Shown here piece after piece: positions 12,865 to 25,479 of a stretch of 64,000 nt of DNA. The stretch's first letter is position 1. Each line of letters starts with the position of its first letter. This DNA is from Gracilinanus agilis (lineage: Eukaryota): contig NC_058136.1 in NCBI RefSeq assembly GCF_016433145.1, positions 58,481,381 to 58,545,380 on the forward strand, read 5' to 3'. The position numbers were made by a program, and so were the translations under genes. A model generated the notes under the pieces. It did not search any database. It had not been told where the DNA came from and worked only from the letters and a program-made list of their open reading frames with translations.

Positions 12865-13110
12865 GGAGAACAGCTAAGTGATAACATTGGATAGAGTTCG
12901 AGGCCTGGAGTCAGGAAGACTCATCTTCCTGAGTTCAAATCTGGCCTCAACCATTTCCTAGATGTGTGACTCTGGGCAAGTCGCTTTACCCTACTGGCCC
13001 CAGTTTCCTCATCTGTCCAATGAGCTGGAGAAAGAAATGGAAAACCACTCCAATATCTTTGCCAAGAAAACCCCAAATGGGATCACAAAGAGTAGAAAGC
13101 AACCGAAATG
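12865..13110 (+). mobile_element. MAR1 SINE
   Basis: CORE plus aaaaccactccaatatctttgccaagaaaaccccaaatggg tail. Confidence 0.85.
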
Positions 13111-16100
13111 CCTGAAAAGCAGCAAAGGTTAGACTTGCCTCCAGGACATCCAGTCCAGAATGTCCAAGAGATATTGGTGATTCCAGAATAGAGCTCAAGA
13201 GAGAGACCAGGCCTGCCATGTTGATCTAGGAGTCACATGCATAGAGATGCTGATTACATTCATGGGAACCCATGGGGTCATCAAGGGAAAATCTAGAGAG
13301 ACAGGAGAAGAGGGCTCGGGATAGAGCTTGAGAGCCATGTAGTTCGAACCTGGATGAAGATCCAGAGCGAACCTTGGAGGCAGACGAGGTCACAAAACCC
13401 CAGAAAGGAGAGTTTCTGGGAGGAGAGGCTGGTCCACAATGTCCAGTGTTACCAGAGGCCAGGAAAGATGAGGATTGAAAAAAGGCCATTGGATTTACAA
13501 GCCAAGGACTTGGGTTCAGGGCTGTGTCCAAGCCCTGCTTGGAATCAGTCAGGGGAAGGGAACCAAGAACTTGGCCATCAAAGGAGATGGGAGAAGTCAA
13601 AGGTGTTTTGAAGCACAAGACTAGGGTAGGTGACCTCAGAAGGTCCTTTCCAGTTCTGAAAATTCTATATAAACAAAATCGTCCCTTTTACCTTTGCTTG
13701 AGTTCAGGGTCTTCCGGCTTTGAGCCCAGATCTGCGTGAGGACACGCCCTCTTCAAACTTTGACCTTCTTTTGCTGTTCAGTCATTTTTTCAGTCCTAGG
13801 TTTAATGACTTGCCCAGGGTCATGTCACCAGTGAGCATCTGAGGCCATATTTGAACTCACACACAAGAGTCTTTCTGACTCCAGTCCTGAGGCTCTATCC
13901 ACTGCACCACCTAGCTTCCCCTAAATCCTTCTGCGGCCTTCTATGTCCTTGCGCTAAGGCCAAGAAACAGAACTCGGGTCTCCTCACATCTAGTCTGGTG
14001 TTTCTCTCACATTTGCCACAGTGGGTGAGGAGAGAAAGCCCCTGTCTGCTCATGGCCGGAGACGAGGGAGGGAGGATGGGAGGAGAGACTGTAGAAGAAG
14101 GGTTCTTACGAGAGTATGTCCCCGAGAAAGCCTCCAGCTAGTGGAGTCGGTGGGGACCCGACGTAGATCCAGAGGCGAGGCTGGCTTCTTATCTCTGCCC
14201 TGCTCCAGCCGAATTGAGTCCTAGTCCCTCTGTCTGGATGAGCTTGGCAAACCACAGCAAAGACAGGTCTCAATGGCTGGCACCGAGGCCCTGCTCAAGG
14301 ACAATTGCTTTAACATGAGGCAAAGCTTAGCACCAGCCAGGTAAGCTGGGACTTCACCGTGTCGGCCGAGATTGGAAAAAAGGCACCGAGCCCAGCTGGA
14401 GGCCCCTGCAGGGAGGCTGTCCTGAAAAGAAACACGCTGCCTCTGTATTTATCATTCTTCCCAGCGGCAGCCGAAAGGACTGGGCCTGGAGAGGAGCCCA
14501 GCCAAGAGTTGGCTCATAAATTCGAGCATGAAATTCTTCCTGGCCTAATGAAATCCCCAGACCAGTCCTGAGATTACAATTAAACTTGATTTTCAGAGGC
14601 TTCGGGCATTAAGCAAAGCTGGGATGGCCATGAGGAGAGAGCAGCGACTTTGCGAGAATATGGACATTTTTGTCTTTCTGATCAATGGCCCTCCTCTTCT
14701 TCTTTGGAAGCCTCTCTGGCTTTCCAATTCATGGTGAGAGCTTTTTCCACAGTGGCTCGACCGCCCCCCGCCATGCCCCAGCATCCCGTTGATGACACGG
14801 ATGGAGCCGAGGACGTTGAGAAGCCAGTTTCTACTCTGTGCAATTCTCAAAAACCCAGCCACAAAATGTTAGACTGAGGCAGGCGGCTCATATTCACGGT
14901 GGGTTTGGAGAACAAAGAGGTGGCAGCTGAGGCTGGTGCCACCCACTGCCTCCTCCTGGTGGTCATCTAAGCTCTCTGATGAATCCAGTAATGTTAGCAG
15001 TTGCTTTGGGTAGCAGAAGGAGCCTCAAGGCCAGGAAAGGGAGCCCCGGTAACTAGGGCAGCCCCAGGGCCTGAGCTCTCCAGTGTATATAGCACCATCC
15101 CCAGAGAGTTGCCTCTACCCGTCCCCTCCCCATTCTTCTTCCCTGATTGCTCAGCAGAAGCCGGCCGGCCCTTTAGCAACCCACGTCTGCACCAGGCTGG
15201 CTTTCGCTACACTTTCATTAACCTGAGATTTTTGCCAGGAGACCCGGGTTCTAACCAATCTTGGCTACTAACGTGCTTTGTTGCCTTGAACAAGTCCCTT
15301 CTCCCCTCTCTGGGACTCAGTTTCCCCACCTGTAAAACTTAAGACTTTGAACTAGAACTCTAAAGGCCCTTCAGGTTCTAGGATTTATAGATCTGCTATT
15401 CTTAGGACCTGCTGACTGACTCCATCTCCCGGGCAGATGGCACTGGAGAAAGAGAAATACAAAGCCTATTCATTTCTCCCAGGATACACGCTCTACAGGA
15501 CATATTGCCAAGCCTTAGCAAATAATAGCTATCACTACTTGAGGTGCCTTAATTATTGCTAATGTGTGTCAAATCACCACCCATCAAGCAGGGCCTCCAA
15601 AAGGCCAGCTAATTGCAAGTTGAATAATGACAGCTTTCTTTGTCTGTGGAATATACAGTCTTCCCTCTAGGTAGGGAGAGAAGAGGCGGGCCTAGGAGCC
15701 AAGCCTGGGTCAGGGCCTGCGGTTACAGTGCATAGGCCTGGCCTGAGGTGGAGATGACCAGGATGGGGGTGGAGGCATGGTTCAGAAGAAGGGGAGTTGA
15801 AAGTTCAACTCTCAGAAGTCCATTCCCCAGGATCAGAGCCCCGGAGTCTAACCAGAGAGATGAAGATGATAGCCAGAATGCAGACAGCCTAGTATAGAGG
15901 TGAGAGGCTCTGTAGAGGCCTGGTTTGGGGCAAGAGATAGGGAAAGATTGCCGTTCGAAACTCAGCGTTCATAGAGTGGAATCTAGAGTTCCAGCCAGAC
16001 GAACCAGTCGAATGGCATCTGGTCCAAAGGGTATGCCGCTGTTCTTGCCTAACTTTTAAAAATGGTTTCCCAGTAGAGTCAGACCACTTCTAATACATCC

Positions 16101-16329
16101 GGATGTTCAAGATTGTTTTTTCACAGTCCCTCCAATATTGACTATTTCCATTTTAATTTGCATATCTTATTATCAGTGATTTGGAACACGTTTTCATTTG
16201 ATTGGATCGATCAACCTAGCAAAGGGGAACCAGGAGAGAGTGGTGTCAGCCCAGAAAGGAGAGAGTATCCAAGAGGAGCTGATGGGCAGCAGTGTCAAAG
16301 GCTGCAGAAAGGTCAAGAGGGATGAAGAT

Positions 16330-18400
16330 TGAGGAAAAAAAACATCTGGTTTGGTAAAAAAAAAAGGACCCTCAGATTTATGAGAAAGAATGCTATCCCC
16401 ATGGAACAGTTGTTTTTCTTCTGCGTTTCTACTCCCACAGTTCTTTCTCTGAATGTGCATTCTTTCTCATAAATCTGAGGGTCCTTTTTTTTAAGGAAGT
16501 TGGGAGGACTTGAGCATGTTAATAGGCAGCAGGGAAGGAACCAGTAGATAGAGAGAATGATTGAACATATGACAGGGAGCAGAGAGAAAAGTGGTGGCCA
16601 TCTGCTGGAGAAGAATCAAGGGGACATCCTGATGGTTTCTAATTCCTTTTTTGAAAACTCCTCTTATCTCTGGGCCACTTACCTGTTGGGCATGCTCTGT
16701 TCTCGATAAAATCATGCTGTTCCTTTTTGATTACTATCGCCTTTGCTGAAGGTTTGCTAATGATGGGAGGGAATTCGAAAGGAAATAAGCATTCATACAG
16801 TTCCTATCATGTGCCAGACACCGTGCTATACACTTCTTACAGATATTATCTCATTTAGACCTCACAACACCCATGCAAAGTAGGCGCTGTTATTATCCAC
16901 ATTTTATGGCTGAGGAAACTGAGGTAAATAGAGATAAGGTGACTTGCCCAGGGTCACCCAGCCAGTAAGTGTCTGAGACTGTGTTTGAACTTGGGTCTTC
17001 CTGACTGCAGGCCCAGTGCTACCAGCTGACTAGTGATTTCTTTAAGAGTACATCTTAGAATTTTGCAGGCAACCCAAGTCAAGAACTAGCTCACAGCTTG
17101 CAGATTTCACTGTCTTGACTGTTTGCTAAAATCATTTGTCCGTCTCCAGTTTGCTGCACGTCTCCCATTCTCCATGACCTTTCCAAGATCTACAATGACG
17201 GGGCTTCTGCCATCCCACGTTACAGATCTTTCATACCTTGGAAGATCGATCATCGGAGCCTGGTGACTTGAGCTCACCATGGGCAGCCAGCAGCTCTTTA
17301 CTTCTCCCTACTTAGGTTGGTTTCCCAGCTTCCTATTAGCCACTTTGGGCCTGCCCTTTCCAAAATGTACATCACTTTCCTTGAAAAAGAAAACAGAAGT
17401 GGAATAAGCATTAAATGAGTTTGCCTGCTCTCGGTTGTCTCTTAGGTCCCATCCATCCTGATCAGCAGCCTTGTCCTTTCTTTGACCTTCCTCTTTTGCA
17501 CAAGATAGCTTTAAAGAACAAAACCCTTTTGTGATGCCCTTGGCTTTCCCCATCAGCTTTACCTCATTCTTCTCCCTGGCACACTCGTCATCTTCTTACT
17601 GGACCATGCCATGCCTTCGTGTTCATCGTTAGCTACGTCTTCGCTATGTGGCTTTCTTAAATCCACACGGCTTAACGAATTTCCAATTCATGGGCATTTG
17701 GCCGCTCCCCCCTCTTCAGAACTTGTCTTCTTTCCTTGAGAATTCCATTCTTGAGAGCTTTCTGTCTTTCCTAACCTCAATTCTTTCCCAGAACTTTCGG
17801 CCTTCTTTGAACTATTGGAATTTGCTTTCCCCAGAAGTAGAGGACACGAGAGAGTATCCCCAGCCTCCTCCATCACAAGTGCCAACACGCAGTAGCTATT
17901 CCTACCAACATTATCATCATTTCTGACCCAACCACCAGTCACTCTTGGATGGCAAGAAATGGGTCCAGAATTGCAGTTTTCTTCGTTGGTTTTTCCTCTT
18001 GAAGGATGAAATTATCATTAAGTCAAGCCAGGAAATTGTTAGTCGCTTGGCTTTTGGCAGAGCGAGAGTGAGAGAGAGCACTCTAGCAGATGTCCAGCTA
18101 ACTGACATGGCCTCCCCTCCCTGCCATATCCTGCTGGGATTGGGATCTGTTTTCCAAACTGCTCATGTGTTTCCCATTTCTGTCCAAGATCGCCTATACG
18201 GAAGTCTCATGACAACATCCCTTCTGTCTCTGCCCTGGTCGATCTTCACCGATATGCTCTCAACCGCTCGCTTGCCCCTTCTCAAGAGCTCCTTCATTTC
18301 CACCGAGATCTCTATAGGTCAAAGGAAAAGGGCCCTTCGTTTTCATGCTATGCTCTCTGGCCAAGAAAGTATCGACTGTGTGTAAATAAGCTTTATTTAA
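16330..18400 (-). mobile_element. L3/CR1 LINE ORF2 remnant (endonuclease to start of RT), interrupted by a MIR
   Basis: Minus-strand translations resemble the CR1 EN and tether regions (AKRLTISWLDLMIISSF ~ NNFLTCLNDNF; SGPEIRGVFKKG ~ PGPDELHPRVLKEL). Confidence 0.7.
16790..17020 (-). mobile_element. MIR/CORE SINE
   Basis: attatccacattttatggctgaggaaactgagg...gtgacttgcccagggtcac. Confidence 0.85.
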
Positions 18401-19072
18401 CCAGCAAAAAGGACTCGCACTCAAGCCCGGCAAAGACCATACTCCTTTCCCCTCCCTCTCTGAAGCTCTGCCTTTCTCTCAGTCCTCCAGAGCCACACTG
18501 TTTACCTGCATTCGAGGCCTCTCCCAAAGGGAACACATTCAGGGTGGTTGGAGATTTCACCTTCTTTCCCCAAGTAGCTACAATGCACAGAACTCACGGG
18601 ATATACCAATGAAGGACAAGAGCCAAGTCCATGCACCCCTGGTGCTTCGTCGTTTGGGGTTCCCTGGATAGGCTCCATAGCCCTCCCCTACGGGGAATTA
18701 AAAGCTCCTCTGTCCATCCTGGGGACTCTGGTTACGTTGCATGTGTACATGTGTGCACACGCTCACACATGCCTGTATGCCCCTGTGGCACTCCCCTTCT
18801 TTGAAAGATTGTGGCCCAGAAGTACTGGAAACTGGCCAGTCACCCTGAATCTGGTTATCAGTGGGGCGATTCAGGAGCAAGCAAGGAATTCCTCCCTTAC
18901 CCAGGAGTTTGGGGAGTTTCCGATCTTTGTAGAGGATGACACTGGCAGTGAGCACAAAGCCCTCAGAGGTCAGAAGCTGAGAGGACCTGGAGGACCCCAG
19001 ATTATGCCTTCGAGGACCTCCTCTTCTGCTCGCCCCCATCCACACTTCCCTTCTCTACCTAGACTCATTTTT

Positions 19073-19267
19073 TAAGCTCTTGCCTTCTCTCTGAGAATCA
19101 ATACTCTGTATTGGTCCCAAGACAGAAGAGTGCAAAGGGCTAGGCAATGGGGGTTAAGTCACTTGTTCAGGGTCACCCAGCTGGGAAGTGTCTGAGGCCA
19201 GATTTGAACCCAGGACCTCCTATCTCTAGGCCTGACTCTCAATTCATTAAGCCACCCAGCTACCCCC
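19073..19267 (-). mobile_element. SINE1_Mdo-type SINE
   Basis: Antisense copy ending ...ccacccagctacccc. Confidence 0.9.
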
Positions 19268-19403
19268 TGGACTTACTTTTTAAATAATGTATGCCCTCAT
19301 AGAGCCATTTCCACTCATTCTCAGTGATGGTCTCCTTGGGTTAGAATGTCCAATTCCCTTTGCTTGTTGCCTATACTCTGTGTATTGGAATACAACAGTC
19401 GTT

Positions 19404-19602
19404 TTTTTTAAACCCTCACCTTCCATCTTGGAATCAATACTGTGTATTGGCTCCAAGGCAGAAGAGTGGTCAGGGCTAGGTAATGGGGGTCAAGGGACTT
19501 GCCCAGGGTCACACAGCTAGGAAGTGTCTGAGGCCAGATTTGAACTCAGGACTTCCCATCTTTGAGTCTGGTTCTCAATCTACTGAGCCACCCAGCTGCC
19601 CC
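19404..19602 (-). mobile_element. SINE1_Mdo-type SINE
   Basis: Antisense copy tttaaaccctcacc...gagccacccagctgcccc. Confidence 0.9.
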
Positions 19603-19607
19603 CACAG

Positions 19608-19790
19608 CAGTAGTTTTTAACCTTTGGTCTGTGGACCACCCACCCCCTTAGGGGTCCATGGATTGATTTCAGGGGATCCACAAATTTAGGTGGGGGAAAA
19701 TGGCACCTTTATTTTCAAATCTCTCGAATTACAATTTAGCATTTCCTTCAATTCCGAGTATGAGTGTTTCCCTAGACATCATCAGATAGA
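19608..19790. mobile_element. Old hAT-Charlie MER-like fragment
   Basis: gtagtttttaacctttggtctgtggacc...ggggtccatgga...ggggatccacaa is typical of MER5/MER20-like elements. Confidence 0.45.
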
Positions 19791-20489
19791 CTGCCCAAAC
19801 AAAGTGAAGAAGTCCCAGTGTAGACACAAACGTCTGACACCTTTATTGCCAGCTTCCATGACTTGGTGGAGATCTGTAGATAACGGTCTCCCTTCCATTT
19901 GCCTGGGGAAGCTGAGTGGAGACACCTCCCTCCCTTGGGCAGTCAACATATTTCTGCGATCTGTCTCTGCTTGCTCATCTGGGCCTGCTTCTTGTGCTTC
20001 CGTGTTCCCTCCCTCCACAGGGGCAGATCCCAACATTCCAGTGCTTTAGGAGAAGGCCTTCAAGAGTTGCTACAGAAGGGGGGAAAAAGGAAATGACCCA
20101 GGAGTGAATCATCCTGCAGCTGACCTCTCTACACTGGTCACATGACATAGCCACATGGTCACATCCTTACTTCGATCCCTCCTTGAAGCCTTTTGGATGT
20201 TTATGTCAGACCTACTAGAGCTTGTGTTCCCTTGATCTGGTCTTCATAAGCCCAGGGGGCACCTCCGCACCAAGATGAGCTATCAAAGGAGGACTTGGGC
20301 AGAGAAGAGTCCAGGCCCTAGATTTTTCAGGGACCGTCTCAAATTTGGCCATTCTGGCCCATTGCCTGGGTCTACCCACTGCCCCTTCTCTAAAGCCAAT
20401 AATGTAAAACCAAAATCCCTTGTCAGACCACGTGGACCAATGTAGAACATGGAAGAGCTCTATTGCCAAAGGTTATATAGTTACCATGC

Positions 20490-21100
20490 TAGTTCAAAGC
20501 CTTTATTGCTGCTTGGATGGTGGCAATAGCCTGCTATTTGGGCTCCCTGCCTCCACTCCAATCTCTCCCCTTTCCAGTCCGTCTTTCACTTAACTACCAA
20601 AGTGATTTTCCTAAAGTGCTGTCTCACTTCTACTCAATAAACTCCACTGGCTCCCTATTACCTGCAAAATCAAATGGGAACTCCTTTATTTTATTTAGCA
20701 GCAATTGTCCAACACAGCCTGGCTCCAACTGACCTTTCCAGGCTCATTTGACGGGATCCTCCTTCCCAAATTCCTACCTCCACACTCTTGCGCTGGCTGT
20801 GTCCTTTATTCGTGGAACCCCGTCCCTTCTCACTTCTTCCCCAGAGCCCCTTCTTTAAGACACAACTCAATCCCAGGCTCCCCCATGAAGTTTTTCCTGA
20901 TTCTTACCCTCTACTGAGTGGGCCATTCTCCCCTGTCCCATTTACCTTGTGTTGATTTTTTTACATCATCTTATCTACTTATTAATGCAAATCTTCCCTC
21001 CTTGAGGAAAGGGACTTTCCATTTTTTTTCTGAATCCCCAAAGCCTAGCACAGTGCCTGGCATATACAAAAGGTGCTTAATAAATGGTTGTTATTTGATG
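20490..21100 (+). mobile_element. L2 LINE 3' remnant
   Basis: Pyrimidine-rich + strand ending cctagcacagtgcctggcatat...gtgcttaataaatg. Confidence 0.75.
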
Positions 21101-22744
21101 GATTCCTACAGAAATCATTTTTTAAATGTTTCAGATGAAGCTATAAAAAAGATCTCCGCTAGAATCAAAGCTAGCTAGGGAGAGGAAGGGGCCAGGCACA
21201 AGCTGCACACAAAGATCCAATTACGACAGTTCTCTGTTTTGGAAAAGCCAAAGAAAACCATATGGCTGTCCGCTGGGCCTGCTATACCTTCCATCTTCAC
21301 CTTTTCCTTAGCTCTAACAATATCCCCTTTAGGAGGGAGGCCTTTCCTCAGCCTTCCAGCAGCCAGAGCTTTCCCCCTTCCGGGCCCCCCTCCCCGCATT
21401 CCCCTGTATTTCCTTTGGCTATATTCTGGAGGTGCTTCTGTATCCATGTTTGCCTAGTAAAGCGTCAGCTTGTTGCGAGCAGGACCAGTTTTCCTTCTTG
21501 TCTTTGTATCGCCAGCACCTAACAAAGTATCTGGAGGCGTTGGTGAGGGCTGGAGAAATGAATCAATGAATTACAGAACAAACCAACATGGGAGCTTTGG
21601 GGCCGGGTGGGGGGGAGTTATGGCACGATCGGATTGGCTTAGGAAGATGCCTTCACCAAAGAGTCTGTGGAACAGAAATGCCTGGGCCCGCGGGGCCTCC
21701 ATCTGGCATTTGGTCAATGTCCTGATTTTGTGAGGCCCAGATACCTTCTCCCACCCTTAGGAAATGTGTAATCTTGTTACAGAGACTCGATTTAACTTAA
21801 CCAGAAAAAAGGAACAAACATGGTTGACCTCCTCAGCCCCTGAGCCTTGAAGCAAACCAGGCCTGGGCCTGGAGCCAGTCTCCTTTTCTCTTCTCACCTC
21901 TGCCCTCCTCGTTTCCTTTCTCCTCCCTGCTGCTGGCCAAGCTCTTCCATAGGCTCTCCACGCCCCAGTCCCTGCCCCTACTGAGCCTTCTCCTCAAGGC
22001 ACTGGGCCCTGGCAACTTCCCTGGGTCAGGCAGATGCAAACGCTGCCTTGCCCGGCCCCAGCAGGTAATGATCGACCTGCCATGTTTTGTGACGAGGAGC
22101 AGGCTCTTTGACAGCCCCAACCTTTGGGAAGAGGTAAAGAAAATGGAACCGTTTCCTAGCAGCATTGACGGAGGCCCCTTGCCATCTTTTCATTGGAGGC
22201 CCATTTGTCTAGCTTCCAGACCCAACTTGGCATCTACCTCAGAGCCCCTGTTTGGGAGTCCCCTGAGGGACCCAGATACCGGGACCAGCTGGCCAGTGGG
22301 ATCAGCCCTATTTACCCGAGGAGTGTGGAGGCGAGGGATTCTCAGTGGAGCACCACCACTAGCCCTGCTAGTCCATCTGTGGCTTCAGGCTCCCTCAGCC
22401 CTCTCTCCTGTGAATCCTGGGAGAAGAATAGGTCCTGCCAAGAGTATCCGTGCACTCTCCCAAGCTCTGACCCGGAGCCACAGTGGATGTTGGCATGGTT
22501 TGGAGCCTCTGCTTCGAGAGGTTCCATTGAACCACAAATATTTGGTGGTGGCTTGAACCTTCACTCAGTAGGTTCCCCTGACCACTTGCCTGGTCTACCT
22601 TGCCATACCCACAAGCCTCAGGTCTTTCTTTGCCCTGATCAGTGGGGAAGGTGCCAAAATAGCATGTGAGAGCAGAAGATTGGGGTGGGGGAGTTCTTTT
22701 AGTGCCAGGAGAAGTTTCCTGAGACAGTTTAGTGGGCATAGATA

Positions 22745-23060
22745 GCATCCGGCCTAGAATCGGGAAGACATAAGTTCAAATCCAGCCTCAGGCACTTGAG
22801 AGCTTACTTTGTCCCAGGCTCAAAGGCACTTCTTAGCTGAGTAAACCTGGGCAAGTTACTTCCCTTCTGTTTGCCTCAGTTTCCTCAACTGTAAAATGGG
22901 CATAATAATAGCACGCACCTCACAGGGTTGTTGTGAGAGTGAGATATTTATAGAGCGCTTAGCATTGGGCACATAGTAGGTGCTATCGGAATACTAGCTA
23001 TTATTATTATATCTGTTGTAAAAAAGCACTTAGCACAGTGCCTAGTATATAATCGGTGCT
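22745..23060 (+). mobile_element. MIR/CORE SINE
   Basis: gggcaagttacttcccttctgtttgcctcagtttcctcaactgtaaaatggg and an L2-like tail. Confidence 0.85.
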
Positions 23061-24399
23061 ATAGAAATACTTGTCCTCTTCTCCTTCCTTTCCCTTGAGG
23101 ACGAGGACTCTTTCACTTTGTCTTTGTATACCCCCAGGCCCAACCCAGGACCTCACATCTGGCAGATGGTTCCCAAATGCTTGGATTAAATTCCCAGACT
23201 ACTCAGAGCAGTGGCTCCAAGGGTTAGCATCAGTCTTGCTGGAATCCCTGGCCAGGTGCTTCCATCCTAAAGGGCCTCTCCTAGCTGTGACCTCCTGAGC
23301 CTGTAGAGCCAGCCTTAACAGGACCACAGCCTCATAGCTCCCAAGCTGGAAGGGACCTCAGAAGCCATGAGGCCCTGGTCCCTAGAGGGGAACTCACTTG
23401 TCTGCGCTCACATAGCTGGCAAATGGGGCGACCGAGACCTGAACTAGAGTCTTCTGATTCCATGTCCAACATTTTTTCCCCTCCGCCATGCTCCCGTGAA
23501 CAGCGAGTGGCCAAAGTGTGAAGAGTAAGCGATGGTTGGGTGTGGCGGCTCTTCTCTCCTGCCCCTTCGGGATTTCCAGGCCCCGGAAGCCATGGAATAA
23601 TAGCGCACATTTTTCTAGTGTCTTAAAGTCTACGAAACATTTTGGCTTCCTGATCTCATTTGGTTCTGACAAGAGTGTTGTGAGGTGGGTGTTATGATGA
23701 GCCCCATTCCAACCAGTGGTGAAACCGTAGAGATTGGGTGATGTGTCTGCGCTCATACACCTAGAGGAGGTCTTGGGTGGGATCGGAGCCAGTCTCCAGT
23801 CTTCTGACCCCTTCCTGGCATGTACGGCTCTTGCAGGCTTCACTTCCCCCTAATTCAAGCTAAGGTACCAATGGGACCCGGCTAAAAGGCAGGGGCAGCC
23901 CTTTCAACGCACGAGAGAGATGGTCAGGAACTGGGGGGAGGGTCACTCCTATGTGAACTGTGCGACCTTTCGAGAAGTCTGGCTTTCCAGGTCCTCAGGT
24001 CCCTGGCTTGCAGAGGGAATCTCCTTCTGGGGCATTCTGGGATCTCCTCTCTGGAGGAAAAGGCCCTGCTTAACTTCCTGCTGGCACCGATTCTCCCTCA
24101 GGGAGTCCCCACGGGACACTTCCAGTTCCTCTTTGCTTCAGAACTCAGGCCTTTTGAATAACAAGCTATGGTCCAGACCGACATTCAGATGGATGGCTTG
24201 GCCCCAACTCTACTTAGATGAAAACAAATGAGGGAGGCCTTTAAAAGTGTGTGGTTCAGTAGGGCTTGGCGAGGTTTATTCTGAGTTTCTGCAGCATCTG
24301 ATAAACACCTTGGAAACACTCTTAACAATCTTGGATCACTGCCCATGGTCTCGTTGAGAGGCTTTCTCCCTGCCCCCGGCCTAGAGCTTACAGATTCCA

Positions 24400-25000
24400 T
24401 TCGCATCCCTTTTCAAAAGCTCAAGACAACAACTTCTGTCTTCCAGTTGACCACGGTTCTTTGGAGATGGCTAACGGTGACTCAGCAACCACGGTTCTTT
24501 TGGTACTCGTGGATGTAGTTCATCGAGGTCTCGGGCCATTAGAGGCTCTCTTGATCATCTCCTCACATATCTTGGCTTTCAATTCTCTATGGACTGCTTT
24601 GGCTCTTTCCTTTCCAGTCCAATTAGAAGATTAATTAATTATTTCTTAAGATTCTTTCTCTTTCCTTTCCAGTCCAAAAGATATCTCAGTCTACCCCTTG
24701 CCTTCCTATCCCACGCAACTCTCATCTGGGCCCCCCATAACTCCTCCCCAAGGAATCCCACCCAAGATATAGGGCATTTTCCCCCAGATCTCTTGCCAGT
24801 GCCTAGATACCAGTAATATGTGCAGGCAGACCAGTGGTTCTCCCGTTCTCTTACTACAGGACTGGCCCACATCCTTTTCCCAGTAAACAGGTCTCTAATG
24901 ACATCTTGCCCACAATTTCTCTTGCCTAGCTCTTCATTGGTAGTGTCACTTCCATCATGGAGCTGATCCGTTGCCCTTTAATTAACCTTCAATGAAATTC
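24400..25000 (-). mobile_element. L3/CR1 ORF2 fragment
   Basis: The - strand reads ccaagatatgtgaggagatg...gatgaactacatccacgagtaccaaaagaac (DELHPRV.KE), typical of L3. Confidence 0.7.
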
Positions 25001-25047
25001 TTTGGTTAAAACAAAGCAATATGAGTTCTTATCAAGGCTCTCTCACT

Positions 25048-25236
25048 NNNNNNNNNNNNNNNNNNNNNNNNNNNNNNNNNNNNNNNNNNNNNNNNNNNNN
25101 NNNNNNNNNNNNNNNNNNNNNNNNNNNNNNNNNNNNNNNNNNNNNNNNNNNNNNNNNNNNNNNNNNNNNNNNNNNNNNNNNNNNNNNNNNNNNNNNNNNN
25201 NNNNNNNNNNNNNNNNNNNNNNNNNNNNNNNNNNNN
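25048..25236. other. Assembly gap (N run)
   Basis: 189 N. Confidence 0.99.
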
Positions 25237-25479
25237 TATATAGCACTTTACAGTTTGCAAAACATTTAATGATATTACTTCATTTTATCCTTACAACAAT
25301 CCTGAGAAGTAGGTGCTGTAATTACCTCGTTTTTTTGGAATGAAGAAACTAAAGCATTCAAAGTGACTTGCCCAGGATCATACAGCTAGTAAAAGTATGA
25401 GGTAGGGTTTGAACATGGTTCTTATTGACTCTAGGACCAACGATCTATCTACCATGCCACCTAGCTAATTTTTAGAGTC

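Noticed and set aside
14007-14021. 15-mer tcacatttgccacag repeated at 44152
   Set aside because: About two such matches are expected by chance in 64 kb.
15948-16018. Possible hairpin (tgccgttcga / tcgaatggca) with a B-box-like gttcgaa
   Set aside because: Only a stem of about 10 bp with a branched interior; neither a tRNA cloverleaf nor a pre-miRNA-like duplex.
24603-24676. 20-bp direct repeat flanking a short AT-rich insert
   Set aside because: A local duplication or tiny insertion within the L3 remnant; only two units, so not an array.
24639-24872. ORF with RKARGRLRYLLDWKG, resembling a Ty3/Gypsy (sushi/RTL-like) chromodomain
   Set aside because: The nucleotides match L3/CR1 (ctttggactggaaagg...gatgaactacatcc) read in another frame. 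No gag or pol is nearby.
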